A stretch of 64,000 nt of DNA from an uncultured Chthonomonadaceae bacterium (GTDB lineage Bacteria; Armatimonadota; Chthonomonadetes; Chthonomonadales; Chthonomonadaceae): the NCBI GenBank assembly GCA_963835065.1, contig CAWIEK010000001.1:96001-160000 (forward strand), given 5' to 3'. The translations under genes and the position numbers were made by a program. How positions within the stretch are numbered: the stretch's first letter is position 1; each line of letters opens with the position of its first letter. The notes under the pieces are model-generated. The model did no database searches. It was not told where the DNA came from and was given only the letters and a program-made list of their open reading frames with translations. Shown one piece after another: positions 38,076 to 46,880 of the stretch.

Positions 38076-38966
38076 TTATTTCACAATGCCAATGGTGATG
38101 CCGACGATCTCATTGTGCAGGCTCTGGAACGCAACCCGTTCTTTGCCCGCGCCGTAGCGCAGCACCACGTATTCGCCGACATGTTCCCCGTCGTTGCTCC
38201 AGCCATAATTCTTCAGCACCGCGCCCAGCTGCATTCCCAGCGTAATGCCCTGCGCCGTAACCGCTGCGGGCATGTTTTTGGCGACGGGCGTATTCGGGCG
38301 CGGGCGGAAGCCATGCGCCTGAATTTGGATGACGCGGCCCTGCTTGTTGAACAAAAACGCATAGAATCGGCCCTGCTGCGGATACTTGTACCACCAGACA
38401 GTTTCTTCGCTCGGCCCGGTGGATTCGCCGCCACTGCCCGGAATGATGGGCAGGCCACCGTTCGCGCTCCCGCCCGATGCCCCGCCACCCGGAGCGCCGC
38501 CACTGCCGGGAAATCCCCCGCTGCCGCCCGGTCCCCCGCTGCCGGGAAACCCGCCACTGCCACCGGGACCACCACTGCCAGGACCGAAACCGGGCAAGGC
38601 AGGACCGAAACCACCGCCGGGACCGCCACTGCGGGGTGAGCCGCCGCTGCCGGGAAATCCGCCGCTGCCGCCGGGTCCTCCGCTGCCGGGAGGTCCCAAT
38701 AATCCGCCGCCGCCGCCCGGACCCAGTCCGCCGCCGCCGGGAGCGCCGCCGCTGTCAGCCTCGCCGGGAATCGGCATCCCCACCTGAATCTCGGCAGGCT
38801 GCCCAAAGCGGCGCAGCACATCTTTGTAGGTACTCAGCAATTGGACGCCGATCAGACTGTTTTCCGGCTTGGTTGTCCGGGGCGGCGCGGCGCTTGTACT
38901 TAAAACGGATATGGAGGCCATCACGCCGATCCCGGCAATGACAGCGGCAGGACGCCGTATGTGCAT
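38076..38966 (-). CDS. Secreted Gly/Pro-rich protein, paralog A
   Basis: Signal peptide, LIGVQLLSTYKDVLRRFGQP and GITLGM...YGW motifs, GSGGPGG repeats. Confidence 0.75.
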   Translation of the reverse strand: MHIRRPAAVIAGIGVMASISVLSTSAAPPRTTKPENSLIGVQLLSTYKDVLRRFGQPAEIQVGMPIPGEADSGGAPGGGGLGPGGGGGLLGPPGSGGPGGSGGFPGSGGSPRSGGPGGGFGPALPGFGPGSGGPGGSGGFPGSGGPGGSGGFPGSGGAPGGGASGGSANGGLPIIPGSGGESTGPSEETVWWYKYPQQGRFYAFLFNKQGRVIQIQAHGFRPRPNTPVAKNMPAAVTAQGITLGMQLGAVLKNYGWSNDGEHVGEYVVLRYGAGKERVAFQSLHNEIVGITIGIVK

Positions 38967-39168
38967 GTTAAATTCCCTTCTGGAGTGTGGGTATTCAGGT
39001 ATTCAGGTTTTCGGTGTTCAGGAATTGGGCTTATATCTTGTATCTACATTATTCCCTGTTCGCTGCCGCAAAGCAAAATTCCTCTAAAGCCAAACGTTTT
39101 ACGTCAAAACTACGCAATCCCTCTCAACCGCTTCCGCACTTCTCTAATATCTAATGCCTGATGCCTTC

Positions 39169-41118
39169 TTACTCCGTGTGTCGTGTGCGCGCATACGCGG
39201 CGGCGGCGCGGCGGGCGGCTTCGCGGGAAGCGGCCAAACGGCGAGCGAGGGCGTCTACGGTCGCAAACGCATAGCCGCGCCGCCGCAGCTCGCGGATAAT
39301 GGTCGGCAGGGCTTGCAGTGTGCTTAGTTTGCCGTTGTGCATCAAAATCACCGAGCCGGGCCTGACCTGCGCCAGAACCGCGTCGGCAACCTGCTGCGCC
39401 CCGATGACTTCCGAACCGTAAACGTCTACCGTCCACATGCAAGGCGTGACGCCCCACGCGCGCACGATGCCTGCTACCGTGCCGTTCCAGTTGCCGCCGG
39501 GCGGACGCAGGTAGCGGGGCGTTTTGCCGGTCACAGCCTGCACTGCCGTTTGGGTCTGCATCACTTCACGGGCTATGGCCTCCGGCGACAATTTGGTCAG
39601 GTTCGGGTGCGTGTAACTGTGGTTGGCGATTTCCATGCCTGCCGCGTCCAGTTGGCGCGTCAGGTCGGGATATTCCATCACATGCCGCCCGATGACAAAA
39701 AACGTGGCGGGAACCTGCAGGCGCGTCAGCAGATCGAGCAGCGGTTCCGTGACGCCGGGTTTGGGGCCGTCATCGAACGTGAGCGCGATCACTTTTTCAT
39801 CGGGCAGTCCACCCCACATCGCTTCGCCGCCCGGCGTTATGCCGCCGCAGGAAATCAGGCCGCGCCGGGCATCCGGGCTGTCGGGACGAACCGCGCAGGC
39901 GCGGGCAAACCAGTGCCGCGCCGCGTCCGTACTGCCCAATCGCTGCTGCGCCACGCCCAGGGTATACGCGCATGCAAAACGATCCGGGCGCAGGGTCAAC
40001 ATTTGCCACATCTGCCCGCGCAGCCGCGCAATTCTATCGGAGTCAACGCCCGCTCCGCTTTGCGGGTTGGACGCGCGGATGCGCCGCGTCACGCGCCGCA
40101 TTTCTACCGCCTGGTTGTCGTACAGCAGGATGGACAGCGTATGCCAGCCATTCGGAACCGCGCGGGTATCGAGATTCAGGGCAAACGGGCGCGTGTTGAC
40201 CAGGCCAAGCGAGCGCCCGTCCAGTTCATACGCCACATACGCCACGCTCGGAATGACATCTTCGGGCGCGACTTCCACCACGCCACTCAGTCCCTTTTGC
40301 GCGGGCAGGGGAGCGGCCAGGCCATTCACGACCACGTTTTTGGGCAGCGGCTTCGCCCCCGAATCGAGGGCATGCGCGGCTTCAAAGGTCATTAATATGC
40401 CGCTCGGCTCCACAATGGAATCGCCCGCAAGCATCGCCTGCGCCTGCTCCATTTCGTCCGAAGCGCGCCGCGCATCGCCCTGCTGCATGGCGTTCAATCC
40501 GGCAAGCGCGTGAACGGCAGGGGCCATTGCGTCGGGAAACCCGGAGGAGGACAGCGCCACCTGCGCGCCCCCAAGCCATTGCGCGTACCGCCGCGCCAGT
40601 AGTAAATACGATTTGTCGCCGCCGCTCCGCTCCGATTTGGCAAACCAGTTCAGCGCTCCGGTTCGGTCTCCCCCCGCAAGCTGCGCCAGTCCCAATCCGT
40701 ACTGCGCAAGGGCGTCGTCGGGATCGCCGACAAGCGCGTTTTGAAATGCAACGCGGGCATGGCCGCCGTCGCCCGTATTGAGCAGCAGCGCGCCTGCAAG
40801 AATGGATGCGTTGGCGTCACCGGGCGCGTCTTTGAGGGCGCGATTGGCCTGCTGCGCCGCCCCGACCCAATCCCCTTTGCCCGCTTTGGCAAGGGCGTTT
40901 TCCGCAAGCGCGAGCGGCGTCACGTCTTTACCCGCGCCGTCGCCAACCGAAACGCCGGCAGACAGGGGCGAAGCGGCCAATCCCAAAACACCACCCACAA
41001 GCAAAGCGCTCAATGCCACAGAATGAAACTTCCGCAGCCGGGAAAACCCTTGTTTACACGATTGTTGACGCGAGAAACAAATTCGGTTCCGCACAGAAAA
41101 AACGGTTTGTCTTGCCAT
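39169..41118 (-). CDS. TPR plus Ig-like plus CE4 polysaccharide deacetylase
   Basis: ALTFDDGP, ANHSYTHP, LRPPGG and ILMH NodB motifs. TPR-like helices at the N-terminus. Confidence 0.88.
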   Translation of the reverse strand: MARQTVFSVRNRICFSRQQSCKQGFSRLRKFHSVALSALLVGGVLGLAASPLSAGVSVGDGAGKDVTPLALAENALAKAGKGDWVGAAQQANRALKDAPGDANASILAGALLLNTGDGGHARVAFQNALVGDPDDALAQYGLGLAQLAGGDRTGALNWFAKSERSGGDKSYLLLARRYAQWLGGAQVALSSSGFPDAMAPAVHALAGLNAMQQGDARRASDEMEQAQAMLAGDSIVEPSGILMTFEAAHALDSGAKPLPKNVVVNGLAAPLPAQKGLSGVVEVAPEDVIPSVAYVAYELDGRSLGLVNTRPFALNLDTRAVPNGWHTLSILLYDNQAVEMRRVTRRIRASNPQSGAGVDSDRIARLRGQMWQMLTLRPDRFACAYTLGVAQQRLGSTDAARHWFARACAVRPDSPDARRGLISCGGITPGGEAMWGGLPDEKVIALTFDDGPKPGVTEPLLDLLTRLQVPATFFVIGRHVMEYPDLTRQLDAAGMEIANHSYTHPNLTKLSPEAIAREVMQTQTAVQAVTGKTPRYLRPPGGNWNGTVAGIVRAWGVTPCMWTVDVYGSEVIGAQQVADAVLAQVRPGSVILMHNGKLSTLQALPTIIRELRRRGYAFATVDALARRLAASREAARRAAAAYARTRHTE

Positions 41119-41278
41119 ATTACTTGATAAAACTCAATCTTCCAATGGTTATGTCGGGAGTTTGGCGAAAAAGGTTCACAGAGATCGGTGTTCAGGTATT
41201 TGCAAGCACCCATATTCGCCAAACGTATTAAATACCATGACCTGAACACCTGAATACCTGAATACCTGAACACCGGAT

Positions 41279-41848
41279 TTAGGGTCGCGCATCCCGCAAA
41301 TTATCGTCTATGGCGATGAGGAGGCTGACGGTTTGCGCAAGTTCCACATCGAAGGATGAGGCTTGAGCGCCTGATTTTGCCTTTGTTTTGGCAGCGTATT
41401 GAGTATGTTCCCACGCGGCTTTGGTATGCGCGACACGAGCGGGAAATAATTGGAGCGCGTGAACGGTACGCTGCCACAGGGCGCGATTGGGCGCGTCGGT
41501 ATCGCGCAGCGCGGGCAGGCGTTGTCCCGGCTGCGTTGCTTCCACGCTGCGGGCAAGCAAATTCAGGTAGCGCTCGATGCGCGTTTTATAATGGGTCGGC
41601 GTTTCCCCTTGCAGCGGCAGCGCAATGCGGCGCAGATAGATATTCAGGTCTTCGCCCGGGTGACGCAGGCCGGCATTGTCAATCAGGGCGGAGCGCGCGT
41701 CTTCCACGCCTGCGGCCATAACATTAATGTCGCGCTGCGTGAGGGATGTGGGCGCAGCCTGCGCATGGGATAAGACCATTGCGAAACCTATCAAAGAAGA
41801 AAACAGCAGGCAGCGCGTAAATAAATCTGCTTTGTTTCGTTGGAACAT
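41279..41848 (-). CDS. Secreted hypothetical helical protein
   Basis: Signal peptide (AQA/A) and GGAGAGG SD. Confidence 0.6.
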   Translation of the reverse strand: MFQRNKADLFTRCLLFSSLIGFAMVLSHAQAAPTSLTQRDINVMAAGVEDARSALIDNAGLRHPGEDLNIYLRRIALPLQGETPTHYKTRIERYLNLLARSVEATQPGQRLPALRDTDAPNRALWQRTVHALQLFPARVAHTKAAWEHTQYAAKTKAKSGAQASSFDVELAQTVSLLIAIDDNLRDARP

Positions 41849-42124
41849 AAAATGTTCTTCCTCTCCCAAACTTAGGAGAAGAACTTGCAAACTGTTTTCA
41901 CATTAACTGAGTTCGCCATGTTTAATGAAAACGCCGTATGTCCGAACGCCGAATACCCAATACCGAACACCGATTCCAAAAAACCTAACGCTATTATACC
42001 TGCCCGACACGAGCGTAGCAAGCGGCCTGCCACCGAAAAGCGGGAAAAGAGCCGAAAACCGAGAAAAGAAGGAAAAGAAAGGCATAAGGCTGAAATTTTC
42101 CGTTTGTTGCGGCTGCAATCAAAA

Positions 42125-42154
42125 TTGCGTCCCTCGCGTAGTACGTGGTAGAAT
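42125..42154 (+). promoter_or_regulatory. Sigma70-type promoter of citrate synthase
   Basis: TTGCGT-18nt-TAGAAT with TG extension. Confidence 0.55.
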
Positions 42155-42236
42155 GTAGCGTTTGCCCTGCCCGCAATGGCAGCGCGATTCAAGCTCTTAA
42201 ACGCGACTTCCACATTCAACAGCGAGGTGATTGCAC

Positions 42237-43413
42237 ATGACCGCTACAGCCACAGCCACAGCCGATGGTTTGAGGGACGTTATAATCGGCCAGTCCGAAA
42301 TCTGCGATGTTCAGGCGCAGGGGAACTTGTACTATCGGGGTTATAATATCCACGAATTGGCAGACCACTCCACGTTCGAGGAGGTGGTCTATTTGTTGTG
42401 GTACGGCAAGCTGCCGTCCCTGTCCGAACTCAACGCTTTCAGCGAACAGCTTGCCGAACAGCGCGATTTGCCCGCCGATGTGCTGACGCTGCTGCGCCAT
42501 TACCCCAAAAACGCGAATTCGATGGATGCCCTGCGCACGGCTATTTCGGCGTTAGGAATGTTCGACCCGGACATGGGCGACAACTCCAAAGACGCTAATC
42601 TGCGCAAAGCCGCCCGCCTGCAAGCCAAAATCCCCACGATTGTCGCCGCCATCGAGCGCTTGAGTCAGGGCCTGGAACCCGTGCAGCCGCGCCGCGATTT
42701 GAGCCTTGCCGCCAATTTCCTGTATATGCTGCACGGCGAAGAGGCCGACCCGCTGTATGTCCGCACTTTTGACATTGACTTTATTCTTCACGCCGACCAT
42801 GAGATTAATGCCAGCACCTTTGCGACTCGCGTGACGGTAGCGACGGGCGCGGACATTTATTCCGGCATGGTGTCGGGCATCGGAACGCTGTCGGGACCCA
42901 AGCACGGCGCGGCAGCCGAAGAAACGATGGAAATGCTGCTGCAAATTGGCGATGTGAGCGGCGTGGATGCGTATGTGCGTCCCAAACTGACAGGCGCGAC
43001 GCGAACGCCCATTCCCGGCTTCGGCCATGCTGTGTACCGCGCCCCCGACCCCCGCGCCACGCACCTGCGCGAAATGAGCAAGCAGTTGGGGCAACTGCAC
43101 GGGGATACCAAATGGTTCGACATGACGACGGCGATTGAAAAACTGGTGGATGAACTGAGCAACACGCCCGAACGCCTTGGCGGCGGGCAAGCAGCCGATT
43201 TACGCGAATGTGGACTGCTTTTCCGCGTCCTGCTACTACGAAATGGGCCTGCCTGCCCGCCTGTACACGCCCATTTTCGCCATCAGCCGCACATCGGGCT
43301 GGTGCGCCCACATGAGTGAGCAGCTCACCAACAAGAAGATCATCCGCCCCCGCGCCGAATACGTCGGCAAGCACGACGTTCCCTATACGCCCATCGAACA
43401 GCGCGAAGCATAG
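42237..43413 (+). CDS. gltA: Citrate (or 2-methylcitrate) synthase, apparent frameshift near 43185
   Basis: LYYRGY, LHADHE, GPKHG and PGFGHAVY motifs. ANVD...IIRPR lies in ORF 43177-43413. Confidence 0.88.
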
Positions 43414-43445
43414 CATACTGCCTTACATATTTGCCTGTAGGAAAG

Positions 43446-43476
43446 GAGGGGTAACTTACGTTTACCCCTCTTTTTT
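43446..43476. terminator. Intrinsic terminator, probably bidirectional
   Basis: GAGGGGTAA-7nt-TTACCCCTC-TTTTTT. Confidence 0.85.
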
Positions 43477-43480
43477 CTGA

Positions 43481-43624
43481 TTAACGGTATGTAGAGGCAT
43501 CGTCGAAATCTTGGCAATGCAGCGCTTCCAGCCCGATGTCTCGTTGTGTCAGGTTGTAGGAGAGAGGCGTCGTGACCTCGTAAGCGTCAGGGCGAACGGG
43601 AGGCGTGAAACATAGGACTTGCAC
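43481..43624 (-). CDS. Unannotated 47-aa small protein (copy B of the duplicated unit)
   Basis: GTG start with AGGA SD. Sequence MQVLCFTPPVRPDAYEVTTPLSYNLTQRDIGLEALHCQDFDDASTYR. Three synonymous differences versus copy A. Confidence 0.5.
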   Translation of the reverse strand: MQVLCFTPPVRPDAYEVTTPLSYNLTQRDIGLEALHCQDFDDASTYR

Positions 43625-43685
43625 CTCCCTTCCTGTCTGGATAGCACCTGTGTATAACATCTGAATAGTAGACGTTTGTACATGT

Positions 43686-43714
43686 TTAGACAGACTGAAG
43701 AAGGCAAAGGTTTC
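43686..43714 (-). promoter_or_regulatory. ECF-type promoter, copy B
   Basis: GAAACC-N17-GTCTAA. The boxes are conserved while the spacer differs from copy A. Confidence 0.55.
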
Positions 43715-43855
43715 GTTTGTTTCGCGTTAATTTACTCTTTTTTGGCTTTTTTCTGGATTGTTTTGCGGGAGGGCTGCTGTTGGGGTCGTGTGTGGGAATG
43801 GAGAGGAGGCGCTTGCTTCGGGGTTATACATCTATCTCTTGCCGGAGGGCACAAC

Positions 43856-43908
43856 CTGTGATATTGTTGGCGAATCCAAAAGAGGTTGTCCGTGTTCAGC
43901 AGATACAT
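43856..43908 (-). pseudogene. 5' stub of a PIN/VapC toxin
   Basis: TGATG overlap with the antitoxin. MYLLNTD start, then a junction into REP-like CCGGAGGGCACAAC. Confidence 0.55.
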
Positions 43909-44128
43909 CAGGCCGCTTCCTCATCGTCTTCCGGGCGAAGCGCCTCGCGATACTCACGCCCAAGCCGCTGTTGCTTCCCCATGAACCTTCACTGTTGGCA
44001 AACGCGCCGAAACGCTGTTCCCACCAAGGCATTGTCGTTTGCGGTTTGTCCGTCGCCAACTGCTGTTTCAGCAACGCGAGTTCTTGTTCAATGGTAGTCA
44101 AGCGTTCTTCAACCGATGTTACTGCCAT
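43908..44128 (-). CDS. Small antitoxin-like protein, apparent frameshift near 43975
   Basis: VEERLTTIEQELALLK...PWWEQRFGAFA, continuing as LGREYREALRP in another frame. GAGGAG SD. Confidence 0.6.
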
Positions 44129-44962
44129 CGCTGTTCTCCTCACAAATCGGCACTATAAGATATTCTCTCTATTAGGAGTATGCTTATTATGTTACTACAC
44201 CTAAATCATTTTCTTGTCCAACAGGTAGTTTCTTCCTGTGTCAAGCACATAGCCTCCCACCCACTGCGCTTGAACTCCTGAATAGATGACAGGAACTTTT
44301 TCTGTAGACAAATGTGCGCAGGTCGGCTCCTTTGTTCTCTCAAATGCATGGCTTATGGCTAACAACATCGTATCTTAGTGTAGTCCTCGCTTCAATAATT
44401 GATAGGGGATAGAGATGTGGTCTACTGACGTAGGTTCTGGCTTCAAAGTAACTTGCGTCAAGGCTACTTTGATTTTGTCAGCAAATATTCACTTAGCGGA
44501 GTATGTCGGTGTCTGTTTCACCGGCTTCATGGCTTCCAACATTCCCTTAAAACTCGCCAATTGATGCAAAGCGACTTTGAACTGTTCTGGAGTGGTAATC
44601 ATAAGCGCACCTCGACAATGCCTTTTGGCTGTTTTGTCACCTTATCGTGATCGAAGCCATCCAGACGGCATATCAGGGGAACGGCTACGTCACTTTGAAA
44701 ACATGAAAATATTGCCGCATTAGCTGCTTCACGAAGGCGTACTGCATCCAGTTCCACGCAACGTTGATAGCGTCATCAGGAAGAAGAGCGGCATGTTCTT
44801 TGTCATCCGTATGACCAGATGGGATGATGGGATCACACGCATTCGGCGGATTGCTGCGCGTTTCCAAAACATGACAGAGATGCCACCGCATCCTGCAGTA
44901 CACGATAATTAACGAGCAACGCCGCCTCTGACGTCCTGCGCCAACAGGGTTTCCATGCCGAC

Positions 44963-46700
44963 TCACCACAGCCCGGATATACGCCCTGTCCTCGCAATAC
45001 TGCCGCACGTACGCCACGACTCGGATTGTTAGAAAATGCCTTCCGGCAACACGATGCCTAATCTGCCGCCGGGTTTCAGCAGCGACAAACACCGCTCAAT
45101 AAACAAAACCTCCGTCTTTACTTTGCCTTTGCCGCCCCCGCCCATGTCGAACAGACTGGCGATAGGATCGCCTTCCGCCCCTTCCAGCCGCGCCAGCGCG
45201 TCCCGATACAAACTGCCGTACTCCTGCTCGTAGCGCCGCTGCGCGTCCCGGTCTATCTGGTAATCGCTGTCGCGCACGATGTCGGACGATTTCACATTCG
45301 ACCCGAACGGCGGATTACTCATAAATGATATCGAACCGCCCCTCAAAAATGCCGTTCACATTCAAAAACCCGTTATGATGGTGTACGCCGCCGTGTCCGT
45401 CACCGTGCATAATCATGTTCATTTTACTTGTACGCGCCATCCGGTCGTTTGCGTCCGTGCCGTACAAACAGCGGTTTGACAGTTTCCAAAGTGGCGAATC
45501 CCGTTCCCTCTGGTCGAGTTCCTTCTGCCGCCAAGCGTCTTTCTGCCGCAGCAACTCGGCTTTCTGCGCATCGCTCAGGTCAGCCCGCGCGTTTGTTTCC
45601 GCTTCAAAGCGGCGATATTCTCCATCCACGCTCTGCGTAATCTGTTCGCGCACCAGTTCAAACGCCCGAATCAGAAAGCCGCCCGAACCGCTGGCCGGAT
45701 CGCAAATCACGTCACCCGCTAGCGGCTGTACCATGCGTACCATAAATTCAACAATCGGGCGCGGCGTGAAAAACTGCCCGATTTCACCCCGAAACGTCCG
45801 GCCTAAAAAGCGTTCAAACGCAATTCCCTTAATATCTTCGCTCGTATCGCTCAGGTTGTACCGCTCCAGCAGGCCGACAATTTCCATACTCGTCGCCGGT
45901 TTCAGGTTGATCTTTTGGCTGGTCTCGTCCACAAACAGCCGGTCGTCACGATAGTACAGTTTTGTCAGGTCGAACAGGGAATTGATAGGATCGTCGCCAA
46001 GCTGCTCCTTGAGATAGTCCTGCGTGAAACGATTCTGCCGCAGCTTCTTGCGTTTCAATTCCCGCTCTACATACACTTTGACAAACAAAATTTTGGCGAT
46101 TTCATCAAAAGCCGCAGCCGGGTTTTTATGTTCGCGGTTCCGAATAACGTTGTGGCATTTGTGCAGCAGGTCGGCAAACTCATCCTCCCGGAACGTTTTC
46201 AGCTTTTCGATAAGTTCCTTTATCTGCTTGTCGTTGTCGCTGGCATGGGGAATGTCGGTAATCTCTTCCACATAGCCGGGCATTTTGTCTTTCAGGACGC
46301 GCCAATAGCGCGTTTCGCGGTTGTTGTGCGTGACAAAAAACGGCGCATCTACAAACCGCGCGTAGTTTTCACCCTGCTGATAATCCTTTTCCGAAATGGT
46401 CACGTTGTCCGACTTGCACTCAATTACGATCAGCGGACGCTTCTTGTCGGCTTTATCCTGCGCTGTCCGCCAGATAACAAAATCAGCGCGGGCATGGGCG
46501 GAACCCCTGCCCGTCAATTCCAACTCTTCCGCCATTTGCTCAAGTGGATAGCCGTATTCGTTGACCAGCGTACAAAGATACTCCTGCCGAACGCGCTCTT
46601 CGGGCTGTTCTACAAGATACATTTTACGAAGCGGACTATAAATCTTGTTGTTACTGCGCTGAACCGAAAGGTGGGAAGGGGAAGGCATCGCCTGTGTCAT
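44963..46700 (-). pseudogene. HsdR_N - N6-methyltransferase fusion, frameshifted and 3'-truncated
   Basis: PEERVRQ, ADFVI...IECK, GQFFTP, DPASGSGGFL, SNPPF and LPEGIF motifs. Homology appears to end after RAVVS, with no TRD. Confidence 0.75.
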
Positions 46701-46880
46701 ACTGAAAATACTCCCGCACAGAATTTGTCATTTGTTTCTACACAGCCTTCATATATTCCTGCGTGTAGAACCAGACACGGTGCGTTTCAAATTCAGAAAG
46801 GAGCAACGCGGCAATTATCCGCTTTCCGCCAAAGGGAGGGCGCGTCAAGTATAATAAAGGAAGAGGAGAGAACACGCCCT

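Noticed and set aside
45915..46880. 322-aa N-terminal extension of PcrA
   Set aside because: It overlaps the opposite-strand methylase gene. SD and TATAAT support a start at 46881.
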